Assembly: GCA_009691765.1 (NCBI GenBank)
Contig: SIAO01000004.1
Span: 85,419 to 149,418, forward strand
Direction: 5' to 3'
Length of the DNA: 64,000 nt
Source of the DNA: Planctomycetota bacterium
Lineage (GTDB): Bacteria; Planctomycetota; GCA-002687715
Position numbers and translations under genes: made by a program. Position 1 is the stretch's first letter. Each line of letters starts with the position of its first letter. The notes beneath the pieces are model-generated. The model was not told the DNA's origin. It saw only the letters and a program-made list of their open reading frames with translations, and did no database searches. Positions 18,655 through 27,997 of the stretch are shown piece by piece.

Positions 18655-19272
18655 TCAGGGTGTGTTGAACAACTGCGCGTCACTCTCGCGGCAGGATACA
18701 TGACGACCATCGCCGAGAATCACATGATCAAGCAGCGGTATTCCAAGCAGACGCCCGGCTTCCGCGAGCCGCCTTGTCACAAGCCGATCTTCAGGGCTCG
18801 GTTCAGGGTCGCCACTGGGGTGATTATGAGCCACGACGATGGAAGCGGCTCTGGCGAGAATCGCCCCATGAAAGACTTCGCGCGGATGGACCAAGCTGCT
18901 GAGCAGTGTGCCTCGCGTGACTTCTGCCGCCATGAGCACGCGATTGCGAGCATCTAGGCAAGCGACGCAAAACACTTCGACGCTGGCTGCACCGATCATC
19001 GGACGAAAGAAGCGCGCTGCTCGACCGGGGTCATCAAGTTTGCCGCGAGGTGCACCACGGCCTCGCTCTCGGCGTCGCGCCAGCTCGAAAGCAGCAGCGA
19101 TACGCTCGCAACACTCCGAGTTCATGCCAGCAAGAAAAGCACGTCCGCTGCTCTGCTTGCCGAGTTCCCAGAGGTCGCACTCCTGTTGCACCAAGCCCCG
19201 AGCGGCCTCTTGGCCCACGAGGCAGGCGATGAGCTCTTCGTCACTGCGTTCCAGCACGTCCCGCTTGCGCAT
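18655..19272 (-). CDS. radC: RadC-family JAB-domain protein
   Basis: HNHPSG with the ExnHxH JAMM motif. Start MRKRDVLERSDEEL. Confidence 0.8.
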   Translation of the reverse strand: MRKRDVLERSDEELIACLVGQEAARGLVQQECDLWELGKQSSGRAFLAGMNSECCERIAAAFELARRRERGRGAPRGKLDDPGRAARFFRPMIGAASVEVFCVACLDARNRVLMAAEVTRGTLLSSLVHPREVFHGAILARAASIVVAHNHPSGDPEPSPEDRLVTRRLAEAGRLLGIPLLDHVILGDGRHVSCRESDAQLFNTP

Positions 19273-19378
19273 AGTGCTCCTCTTCCGTGTCTGTCCAGAG
19301 TGAAATCGCAGGCGCGCTGTCCCGAGCTTTGAGAAAGTGCGCATTGCCGCTGCGTGGAGCGGCCCGTACGCTCACGGC

Positions 19379-19774
19379 ATGAATCTCACGCCACAACGCG
19401 AACCCGCCATCCGCGTCTCGTTGATGCCCAAAGACACCAACATCCATGGGACCATCTTTGGCGGAGTGATCCTGTCGTACATCGATCAAGCCGGAGCCGT
19501 CGCAGCACGGCCCTACGCGCCCATCCGCATGGTCACTGTGGCCATGAAGGAAGTTGTGTTCAAAGAACCCGTGCACGTAGGCGACATCATCAGTTTCTAT
19601 GCCCATGTGACTCACGTGGGCAAGACTTCAGTGACGGTGCATGTGGATGTGGTGGCCGAACGCTTCAGACCATACGGACTCAAGGTGCATGTCACGGCTG
19701 CGGATGTCATCTATGTGGCTGTTGATGACAACGGCCGCAAGATCCCAGTCGTAGCCGACGGCAGCGGCGGCTGA
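19379..19774 (+). CDS. acyl-CoA thioesterase (hotdog fold, YciA-like)
   Basis: NIHGTIFGG...ISFYAHVTHVGKTS, typical of the YciA/Acot hotdog family. Confidence 0.7.
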   Translation: MNLTPQREPAIRVSLMPKDTNIHGTIFGGVILSYIDQAGAVAARPYAPIRMVTVAMKEVVFKEPVHVGDIISFYAHVTHVGKTSVTVHVDVVAERFRPYGLKVHVTAADVIYVAVDDNGRKIPVVADGSGG

Positions 19775-21594
19775 TGTGCGGCATCGCAGGAGTCCTGCGC
19801 GAGGACGGCCTGCTCGCGGGTGAAGCCGAGCAAGCTCTCGTCGAACGCATGTTGCGCGCTCTGCAACACCGCGGCCCTGATGGCAGTGGCACGTGTCTGC
19901 ACGGACCGTTGGCCCTTGGGCACGCCCGCCTCGCACTCACAGAAACCAGCGCGGCTGGCGCGCAACCGATCGCGGACTTGCGTCGCGGTTGGCTGGTCAG
20001 TGTCAACGGCACATTTCACAATGCAGCGGAAGTGCAGCGACGCTTCGGAATGGACCGCGCTGGGTTTGATTGCGCCGTGTTGCCCGCGTTGCTCGAGCAA
20101 CATGGGCTCGCGGCCTTCACACAACTGGAAGGGCCGTTCGCCGCCGCGCTTTTTGAAACCGGGCCACAACGCTTGAGCTTGGTGCGTGGCCACCATGGTC
20201 ATAAGCCACTTTTCTACGCACGCCATCAAGGTTGGTTCTGTTTCGCTTCCGAGATTGCCGCGCTAGCGACGGTGCTGCCTGCGTTGCGTCCGGACAGCGC
20301 TGCCATTGCACAGACTTTGCGCTTCGGATGGTGCCTGCCGCCGCGCAGCCTCTTCGTTGGCATTTCAACTCTGGCTCCGGGCACGGCGCTGCAAATCGTT
20401 GCGGGCCAGCGGGAATCCACGCTGAATCTGGCGCGCCAAGACGCGAGTCACGATCCACTCACGGGTGGCCTGCTCGACCACTTGCAGCGCGCCGTGGACC
20501 GACGCTTTGCAGCGCTGGTGCGCCCCGCAGGTGTGTTGCTCAGCGGCGGACTCGATTCAGCCGCTGTGCTGCTGTGTGCTGCGCGCCACGGCGCGACGGC
20601 GTGGTGTTACGCCTCCGCCGACCCCAAGCTCGATGAGAGCAGCGCAGCGCAATCCATCGCCGCTGCATGTGGCGTGCGCTTGCATGTCCTGCGGCCAGAG
20701 TTGGTGCCACATGAGGAACTGCAACGACTCACACGGCAGTGCGGCGAAGCGCTCCCCGACCCGAGCACGTTGCAGATGTCCTCGTTGTGTCGCGCCATTG
20801 GCGACGAAGCCACCGTCCTCTTCAGCGGTGATGGCGGCGATGAACTTCTGCTGGGTTATCGCAGGCATGGTGTCGCACGCGCTGCTGCTGGATTCGGCAA
20901 ACTGCTGCCCGCAGCTCTCTGGAATCTTGTCGCCTTGTGCGCGCCGAGTTCGCGCCACGCAGCAGGCTTGCGCGCGCTCGGCCTCGGACCAGCCGCATTT
21001 GCGTCACTCGCCGCTCTCGCACCACCTGCGCAGTTGTCCGCCTTGTTGTCGCACCAAGCACCGGATGAGCGCGACCCATTCACATCCCACTTCAAGACGG
21101 CATTGAGCGAAGATGCCGCTGCACGCGCCGGACGAGCCGACTTGGAACTCGGTTTGGCCCACGGACTGATGACCAAGGCAGATCGCGCCGCGATGAGCAG
21201 CAGCCATGAGATCTGGGCTCCGTTCTTGGATGAAGCTGTGGTGCGTCACTGCCAAGCCTTGCCGGGCAGCGCACGGCGTAGTTTTTCGCGTGGCAAGCTC
21301 CCGTTGCGCCAAGCTCTTGCCGCACATTTGCCGAGGGCCATCGTGAACGCCCCCAAACGCGGTTTCGCTGCTCCGCTCAACGCATGGTTGCAACACGCAG
21401 ATACCAGAGAGTTTGCAGGAGCGATGTTGAGCGCTGAAGCTGCCGCGTTTGAAGGGGTGCTGCAAGTTCCAGCGCCGCGCTTGATGGATCTTTGCTCAGT
21501 ACGTGCTCTACAACCCGTGCTGTGGGCAGCGCTCTCGGTCGCCGTGGCTCTTCACACCGCGAAAGTCGCGACAAGCTCAAGGCTCTCCGCGTAA
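19774..21594 (+). CDS. asparagine synthetase (glutamine-hydrolysing) family amidotransferase
   Basis: MCGIAG N-terminal Cys nucleophile and the SGGLDS PP-loop. ATGA overlap with the thioesterase stop. Confidence 0.8.
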   Translation: MCGIAGVLREDGLLAGEAEQALVERMLRALQHRGPDGSGTCLHGPLALGHARLALTETSAAGAQPIADLRRGWLVSVNGTFHNAAEVQRRFGMDRAGFDCAVLPALLEQHGLAAFTQLEGPFAAALFETGPQRLSLVRGHHGHKPLFYARHQGWFCFASEIAALATVLPALRPDSAAIAQTLRFGWCLPPRSLFVGISTLAPGTALQIVAGQRESTLNLARQDASHDPLTGGLLDHLQRAVDRRFAALVRPAGVLLSGGLDSAAVLLCAARHGATAWCYASADPKLDESSAAQSIAAACGVRLHVLRPELVPHEELQRLTRQCGEALPDPSTLQMSSLCRAIGDEATVLFSGDGGDELLLGYRRHGVARAAAGFGKLLPAALWNLVALCAPSSRHAAGLRALGLGPAAFASLAALAPPAQLSALLSHQAPDERDPFTSHFKTALSEDAAARAGRADLELGLAHGLMTKADRAAMSSSHEIWAPFLDEAVVRHCQALPGSARRSFSRGKLPLRQALAAHLPRAIVNAPKRGFAAPLNAWLQHADTREFAGAMLSAEAAAFEGVLQVPAPRLMDLCSVRALQPVLWAALSVAVALHTAKVATSSRLSA

Positions 21595-22685
21595 CACTGA
21601 GCCAGAGCTTCCACGGCCGGGCCCGGCGCGAAATCACGAGCGACCAACTCGCGCGCTCGCAGCACAAGGCCATCACGCAGCGTTGCATCGTTCAGCACGC
21701 GGTCGATGGCGTCCGCCACCAACGCCGGATTCCCTGCTGGCACTAAGAGTGCGTGCACGCCGTCCTCACACACGTTTTGCAGTCCTGGCGCGACGAGGCT
21801 CACGACAGGACGCCCCAGCGCCATGGCTTCGAGCAACGCGAGTGGCGCGTGGTCGGTCACGCGTGCATTGAGGAACACATCGGCCGCCATCAAGACACCA
21901 GCGGGGTCGTCCGTCGGACCCGGCAAGTGCACATGCTCGGCGCAACCGGCGCGCTGCGCAGCGTGCATGAGCCGCCGCCCGGCAACACCGCTACCGTAGG
22001 CACTGAGCTCGAGGTTTGAGTGATAGCGTCGCAAGATCGCAACGCTCTCCGCCACCCAAGCGAGGTCGTCCTGTTCGTGAAAGTTGGCGAGCATCACCAC
22101 GCGCGGATTGCCTGGCAGCACTGGCAAACTCACTTGATGCGAGCATCGGTGTGGCGCGACGACTGCGGGCAGAAGTCGCAAACGGCGAGGGTGAATCCCG
22201 TGGCGTGCCGCCAAACGCGACGCTTCGTCACCGTTGGAAGCAGTGACGACATCGGCGCCGCGCAACGCACCACCGAGCAACAAGCGCAAAGCAGCAGCAG
22301 TGCGCAACTCACTGCGGGGCGTCACGAACACCCGCGGTACTCGCGCAAGACGTGCCGCTGCAGGCGCCAGGAAAGCCGCCGCCGCACCGATCCCATGGAC
22401 GCAATCCGGGCGCAAACGCTGCAAACACGTGAGCAAGCGCAACAGAGCCAAGGTGCCACCTCGCAACGACGTCGGCTCCTGCCCACCTTCCAAAATGTGG
22501 ACCGCTGCACCCGCAGACTGCAACTCGATGGCCATGTCTGTGCCAGCGCCTAGGCTCACCACGTGGCACTGAAAACGCAGGTGGAGTAGCGGATTACCAA
22601 GCCACGCGTGCAACAACATGGTGCTGCCGCTGCGCTCCAAACCATCCGTGACGAAACATAGTTTGTGGCGCTCTGACAAGGACAA
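21552..22685 (-). CDS. glycosyltransferase family 4
   Basis: GT-B C-terminal EAMALGRPVV / E-x7-E region. Convergent 43-nt overlap with the asnB-like gene. Confidence 0.75.
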   Translation of the reverse strand: MSLSERHKLCFVTDGLERSGSTMLLHAWLGNPLLHLRFQCHVVSLGAGTDMAIELQSAGAAVHILEGGQEPTSLRGGTLALLRLLTCLQRLRPDCVHGIGAAAAFLAPAAARLARVPRVFVTPRSELRTAAALRLLLGGALRGADVVTASNGDEASRLAARHGIHPRRLRLLPAVVAPHRCSHQVSLPVLPGNPRVVMLANFHEQDDLAWVAESVAILRRYHSNLELSAYGSGVAGRRLMHAAQRAGCAEHVHLPGPTDDPAGVLMAADVFLNARVTDHAPLALLEAMALGRPVVSLVAPGLQNVCEDGVHALLVPAGNPALVADAIDRVLNDATLRDGLVLRARELVARDFAPGPAVEALAQCYAESLELVATFAV

Positions 22686-22777
22686 CTCCGCGTAGGTCGT
22701 CGGGATTGTAGGCAGGGCTGCCGCGAGCGTCCAAGGTGCGTTGCGTAGAAGGGGTCCGCGCCGTTACTCTGGAGGCC

Positions 22778-24178
22778 ATGTTGCGCCTATATTTCTCGCT
22801 GCTTGCGTTCGCTGCCATGCTTCCGGCCCAAGTGGGCTACGGCACGCTCTTGCAATCACTCTCGCCGATTCAAACTGCTGGACTCACAGCGGTAAGCCTG
22901 CCCGGCAACCCGAGCATCACCACCAACGAAATCGTGGCCCTGAGTCAAGGTGAACCCAATGGCTCGGGGCGCTCGCTGTTCAATGCTCAGTCTTTGGGCC
23001 TACTCTTCGGCGATCGCAACGGCGACGGCTTTCCGTTCGACTGGCCGGACATCGACGCCTTGGAAGTCGTAGCGCCGCCGCCCAACACATTGCAGCCCTC
23101 ACCCTTCGACTTGCGCTTCTCGTTCGGTGCCAATGTCCTCGCCGCCAACGGCAGCACCTTGGTGAACACCGGAGACATCGTGAGGCTCACCGGTATTGGC
23201 ACCTACGCCATTCACATTCCGCGCGGCGCGTTCCAAGCGGCCATCGGCACGAACGCCGCTTTGAATGTTGACGCCTATGCCGAACTGGCGGACGGCGCTG
23301 TGCTGGTTTCGTTCGCAGGCGCTGGCACTGGAAACAACATCATCAATCCGCTGAACGGCCAGACCGGAAACCTGCTGAGTTGGACTGGCGCTGACGTGTT
23401 CGTCATTCGCCCGCCCTTTGGCGCGCTGCCAGCGTTGTTTGCATATCGCCAAAGCGACCTCGCCCAAGTGGTGAACTTCTACTACGGCGGCAGCTACGTG
23501 CTCTCTGAGGTCAGCGATATTGAAGAACAACCCAATGTTGGTTGGGTGTCTAACCAAACATGGGACCCAGCCGGCGTGTATCAAGGCGGACAACGCCCGC
23601 GGCTGCTTTGGACTGTCGCTGGCGACGAAAATGTTTTCTGCTGGAGCAGCACGCTGAATCCGCTCAGCACGAGCCACAATTTCTACGCATTAATTGGCGG
23701 CACCACCGGATCGAGCATGGGCTACGCCACCAATCTCGGCGGCTACCGCGTCGTGGCCGACGCGCTGGCCATCTGGCCGCGCACCATGACGACCTCCACG
23801 CGCATGACCATTGATGCTTCTTCGCTGACGCCAACTGCCGGAAGCTCGATTTACTTCGATGTGCGCTCCCGCGAAGCTGGTGGCACATTCTTCGAATTGG
23901 TGCTCTCTGGCACGACGAGTCCTGGCATGGGCATCACGCTCGGGACGAACGGCTTCATGCATTTGATGGCGCCCTACACCGATCCTTTGCTGCTCTGGAG
24001 CATCAGTCCGGCGGTGGCGCCGTTGTTCATCACCGGTGGAGCGAGTGCTCAAGGCACCGGTGGGTCCATCACATTCACGTTGCCCGCAAACGCAGCAGGT
24101 TTAGCGCTTGTGGTGCAGGCCGTGCGCGTCGGCAATGGCTGGCCCTTGTCCGCACCACTCTTCTTCAAAGTGCTGTGA
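22778..24178 (+). CDS. secreted hypothetical protein (Gly/Thr/Ser/Asn-rich, beta-rich)
   Basis: Signal peptide MLRLYFSLLAFAAMLPAQV and no recognisable domain. GGAGG sits upstream of the ATG. Confidence 0.5.
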   Translation: MLRLYFSLLAFAAMLPAQVGYGTLLQSLSPIQTAGLTAVSLPGNPSITTNEIVALSQGEPNGSGRSLFNAQSLGLLFGDRNGDGFPFDWPDIDALEVVAPPPNTLQPSPFDLRFSFGANVLAANGSTLVNTGDIVRLTGIGTYAIHIPRGAFQAAIGTNAALNVDAYAELADGAVLVSFAGAGTGNNIINPLNGQTGNLLSWTGADVFVIRPPFGALPALFAYRQSDLAQVVNFYYGGSYVLSEVSDIEEQPNVGWVSNQTWDPAGVYQGGQRPRLLWTVAGDENVFCWSSTLNPLSTSHNFYALIGGTTGSSMGYATNLGGYRVVADALAIWPRTMTTSTRMTIDASSLTPTAGSSIYFDVRSREAGGTFFELVLSGTTSPGMGITLGTNGFMHLMAPYTDPLLLWSISPAVAPLFITGGASAQGTGGSITFTLPANAAGLALVVQAVRVGNGWPLSAPLFFKVL

Positions 24179-24179
24179 C

Positions 24180-25406
24180 TTAACGCAGCGTGCTGCGAAA
24201 GATCCGCTCGGCTTCTTCTTGCGAGAAGCCGAAAGCGCGCGCGAAGGCCGTTTCGAAGGGCAGTTGCTCACGCAGACTCTGAAACACGGTGCGCAACGCA
24301 GCAGCACCATGGCGTTCGATCAACCACTCGGTGTAGGCCAGCGCGTGACGATAAAGCAGACTCACTTCGTCGCGATTGCTGAGCGCGCTCCAGTCTTCTG
24401 GTGATTCTCGCAACGGCTTGCGCGTTTCTTCTTTGGTGAGCACCTTGGTGTCGCTGGTAGCGCGACCTTCGTGATGTTGCGCCAATCCCTCATGCAGCCA
24501 CGTCGGGCAAGCCGGCGCGAGCGTGCGTAGAAACCAGTGCACCATTTCGTGAGTCAATGTGCGCCGCAACTGATCTTCCTCGCGCTCGCGGCGTTCCAAG
24601 GGGATGCGCACGCGCCCATCGAAGCGTCCGCCAGACCATTCAGGCGCGCCAGCACTCAGCAAGTACGACTTGCGCGCCAAGAGCACGATGACAAGCCCGC
24701 GCTGCGGCCGCGCACCAAGAGAGACTTCGATGCTCGACGCCGCACGCTGTGCTGCATCGAGAACTTCGCGAGCACGCTCACGTTCTTCAAGCCCCGGATA
24801 CTTCACGGTGAAGCCTGCACCAACTTCGCGAAGAAAGCCGCCCTCGGTTTCCGCTTCTGTCTGCCAACGCGAGAGCAACACCTTGAGTCCTGCGATATCA
24901 ATGAGAGTTGCAGCCTCAGGCGCTGTGAGCGCGGCTTGCGCAGCACTCACGGCTTCGTCCAACAAATCTTCGTCGTAGGCCAAGAGTGCACGCGAACTCA
25001 GCACACGCGCGTCCCCTGCTGCTGCACTCTTCACATCAGGCAGCACGCACCGCGCTTGCGCAAGCTCACCGCGACGACGCAAGATGTCGAGGAGTAGCGC
25101 GATTGCATTCGGATCTTGTGCTTCCAGTTGCAACGCTCGGCGCACATCGGTTTCAGCCGCAATCGAACGCCCTGCTGCGACATGTTCGCGCGCGCGGCGC
25201 ACAAGCACGACGCAGAGATTGGTGCGGATGGTCTCAGCTTTGCTGTCGCTCAGCCACGCCTGTTCGAACAGTTCCACAGCCTTGTCGAGTTTTCCGGCCG
25301 CGGCTGCTGTAACGCCTTCTTGGTTGAGTTCGAAAGCACGCTCTTCCGCCTGGGCTACAAGGCCGCCTGAAAGCAGCACACATAACAGCCAGTGCGCATA
25401 ACGCAT
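24180..25406 (-). CDS. secreted TPR-like protein with HExxH zinc-metallopeptidase motif
   Basis: Signal peptide, TPR-like helical repeats, and HEMVHW...EGLAQHHE (zincin-like). The start overlaps the kinase stop (TAATG). Confidence 0.55.
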   Translation of the reverse strand: MRYAHWLLCVLLSGGLVAQAEERAFELNQEGVTAAAAGKLDKAVELFEQAWLSDSKAETIRTNLCVVLVRRAREHVAAGRSIAAETDVRRALQLEAQDPNAIALLLDILRRRGELAQARCVLPDVKSAAAGDARVLSSRALLAYDEDLLDEAVSAAQAALTAPEAATLIDIAGLKVLLSRWQTEAETEGGFLREVGAGFTVKYPGLEERERAREVLDAAQRAASSIEVSLGARPQRGLVIVLLARKSYLLSAGAPEWSGGRFDGRVRIPLERREREEDQLRRTLTHEMVHWFLRTLAPACPTWLHEGLAQHHEGRATSDTKVLTKEETRKPLRESPEDWSALSNRDEVSLLYRHALAYTEWLIERHGAAALRTVFQSLREQLPFETAFARAFGFSQEEAERIFRSTLR

Positions 25407-26455
25407 TAGCGCAGGCGTCTTAGACGCGGGTCGCTCTTGGGTGTGGGCGGTGGTGCCGAACCGATGCCAGTCTGCGCCATGATGTCTTCCACGAGTGCCT
25501 GCGGACTCGCGTAACGCACCTCGCGCTCCAAGGCCATCATCTTCTGAATGAAATAATGCATGCGCTGCGAGATACCGAGAGCCTTCAATTCCGGCGAGCG
25601 CAGTTCGTCCAACAAGCGCCGTGCCATGCCTTCATCGTCCGTGGGGCCTTCAAAAGGCAGGCGCCCCACCACGAGGTGATAAAGACTCGCTCCGAGCGCA
25701 TAAATGTCAGCGCGCGGGTCGAGGCCAGAACCCGTCGCCTGCTCCGGCGCAATGTAGGCACGTGTTCCAGCAGTGGTCTCACCCGCCGCGTGATCGAGCT
25801 TCACTGCGAGCCCAAGATCGCAGAGCTTCACTCGCCCTTGCGGATCCAACAGGATGTTCGCCGGCTTCACATCGCGATGCAGGAAGCCGTGTTCGTGCAT
25901 ATGAGTGAGCGCGCGCGCCACCTGCACAATGACCGCGAGCGCTTTCTCTTCGGTGAAGCGGCCGCGGCGGTCCAGTTCTTCTTGCGCGGAACAACCCGGA
26001 AAGCACTCCATCACGAAATAAATCAAGCCTTCATGCTCGTGCAGATACCAACCTTTCACGAGGTTGGGATGCTCGAGGCGACAGAGCAGCTCTCCTTCTG
26101 CACGGAACTCCGCTGCGGAACGAGGATCTCGAGCCAGGCGCGGATGCAGGATCTTGACGGCCACATCGCAGCGAGCCTCAATGTCGCGCGCCCGAATGAC
26201 ACGACCCATTCCTCCGCGAGCCAATTGAGGCCCCAAAAGTAGCCCGGGAAGCAACTTCTCCGGCGGGTGCTCGCCCTGCAACAAGGCTGCTTCACCTGCC
26301 GTGATCCAATGTTTACGCAAACAAATGTCCGCCACGCCGAGCACATGACCGCGCTGTTGTAATTCGGCCTGCTTCGCCAAAACCGCGCGCGCCGTAGCTT
26401 CATCGAGCAACCCTTCCATCACGAGCCGCGCTGCGAGTTTGCCACCACCATCCAT
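25406..26455 (-). CDS. serine/threonine protein kinase
   Basis: G-loop LARGGMGRV, VAVKIL, HRDVKPANILL, DLGLA and APE motifs. No TM segment. Confidence 0.85.
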   Translation of the reverse strand: MDGGGKLAARLVMEGLLDEATARAVLAKQAELQQRGHVLGVADICLRKHWITAGEAALLQGEHPPEKLLPGLLLGPQLARGGMGRVIRARDIEARCDVAVKILHPRLARDPRSAAEFRAEGELLCRLEHPNLVKGWYLHEHEGLIYFVMECFPGCSAQEELDRRGRFTEEKALAVIVQVARALTHMHEHGFLHRDVKPANILLDPQGRVKLCDLGLAVKLDHAAGETTAGTRAYIAPEQATGSGLDPRADIYALGASLYHLVVGRLPFEGPTDDEGMARRLLDELRSPELKALGISQRMHYFIQKMMALEREVRYASPQALVEDIMAQTGIGSAPPPTPKSDPRLRRLR

Positions 26456-26469
26456 GTTGCGATGCTACC

Positions 26470-26560
26470 GAGGCTGCAGAGCATGTGTCAATAAAAGCAA
26501 AAAATCCGTAATCGGGAATGTGCTCGCAACAGCCTCTAATACATACGCCGTCGTTTTCCG
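26470..26560 (+). promoter_or_regulatory. AT-rich divergent promoter region between the Ser/Thr kinase and the ClpB-D2-like ATPase
   Basis: Locally AT-rich stretch in a 65% GC genome. TGTCAA-N15/17-CGTAAT/TAATCG sigma70-like elements are oriented toward the plus-strand gene. Confidence 0.35.
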
Positions 26561-26647
26561 AAACAGAACCAGAAGCGAGGTTCGCGCAAGGGACGGCGCG
26601 GGCCCGAGTTTGGTTGGTTGGTCATAGTCAAGCGAGGAATCGACACA

Positions 26648-27988
26648 ATGGCGATCGGTGACGTCAATCTCGTGCTGAAATATTGCGAGGCACTCGATGA
26701 GTTCCTGCGCATCCGCGTGTGTTCAGAAACTGAAGCCAAGGCACTACTTGCCAATGGTTGCAGTGGAGACCGCGCCGCTTACCAGTTACACGTCATGCAG
26801 CACACGCTGCTGGATTTCAATCCTGGGCTCAGTGCACGATTGGAAAGCGTGAAACTTCAGGGCACTGTGGCGGACATTGATGAGGTTCTCTACCTCCTGA
26901 GTGTGGACGTCAATCCCGGCCTCGATATCCATCAGGTCTCTATCCCGCTCATGCTCGCGGATGTCTGCAAAGATGAGGAACTTGACGCGCTGTCACAGCC
27001 GGCGCCCAAGTCGAAGAAGCAGCTCGAACGCGTCATGGTCATGGACCGCGAGCTCAAGAAGCGCATTGTGGGCCAAGACTCGGCGGTCGAGATCGTGAGC
27101 CGCGCCATGAAGAAGGCCGCCGTCGGCCTGCGCGATCCGCGCCGCCCCATCGGCGCCTTCCTCTGCGTCGGCCATGTTGGCGTGGGCAAAACCGAATTGG
27201 CCAAGTCGCTCACCGAATACCTCTACGGCACGCAAACCAAACTGATCCGCGTGGATTGCTCGGAGTACGCACTGCCGCACGAATACGCGAAGCTCATCGG
27301 TTCTCCCCCGGGCTACATCGGGCACAACGAAGGCGGCTATCTCACGGAAGCGGCCAAGGAGATGGACGAGTTCGTAGTGCTCTTCGATGAAATCGAGAAA
27401 GCGCACAGCAAGATGCACAACATCCTGCTGCAACTTCTTGACGAAGGCATGGTCACGGATTCCAAGGGCTTCAAAGTTTCCTTCCGCAATGCGTTGGTGC
27501 TGATGACCAGCAACATCGGTGTGCGCGAAGTGGAGGACGCACGCGGCGCCATCGGCTTCGATTCTGATGCACGCGAGAACACGAGCTACGAACGTCACCG
27601 CAGCGCCATCGATGAGGCACTCAAGAAATGCTTCCGACCAGAGTTCTTGAACCGCCTCGACGAAGTGATCGTGTTCAACACTCTGACGCGTGATGACAGC
27701 GTGCGCATCGTGGACATCATGCTCGGCGAAATGGGTCGTATCGCGAAACGAGCCGGCATCAACTTGCACTTCGACGCCAGCGTGAAACGCACCTTGGCAG
27801 AGAAGGGCTGGCGCAAAGAGTGTGGCGCGCGCGAACTACGCCGCACGCTCAAGCAACAAATCGAAACGCCGCTCACGGACTTGCTGCTCGACGGCACCAT
27901 CCGTGAAGGCATGGATGTGCGCGTGCGTGCACGCGCCGGTGAAATCAGTTTCGAGCCGCAACATCTCGAAACTCCCAGCAACGTCTGA
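26648..27988 (+). CDS. single-module ClpB/Hsp104 D2-type AAA+ ATPase with novel N-terminal domain
   Basis: RIVGQDSAV, P-loop GHVGVGKTELAK, Walker B VVLFDEIEKAH, and the ClpB C-terminal PEFLNRLDEVIVF small domain. The first ~130 aa are unrecognised. ATG at 26648 is preceded by GAGGAA; the track ORF begins at TTG 26618. Confidence 0.7.
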   Translation: MAIGDVNLVLKYCEALDEFLRIRVCSETEAKALLANGCSGDRAAYQLHVMQHTLLDFNPGLSARLESVKLQGTVADIDEVLYLLSVDVNPGLDIHQVSIPLMLADVCKDEELDALSQPAPKSKKQLERVMVMDRELKKRIVGQDSAVEIVSRAMKKAAVGLRDPRRPIGAFLCVGHVGVGKTELAKSLTEYLYGTQTKLIRVDCSEYALPHEYAKLIGSPPGYIGHNEGGYLTEAAKEMDEFVVLFDEIEKAHSKMHNILLQLLDEGMVTDSKGFKVSFRNALVLMTSNIGVREVEDARGAIGFDSDARENTSYERHRSAIDEALKKCFRPEFLNRLDEVIVFNTLTRDDSVRIVDIMLGEMGRIAKRAGINLHFDASVKRTLAEKGWRKECGARELRRTLKQQIETPLTDLLLDGTIREGMDVRVRARAGEISFEPQHLETPSNV

Positions 27989-27997
27989 GCCCCGAAC

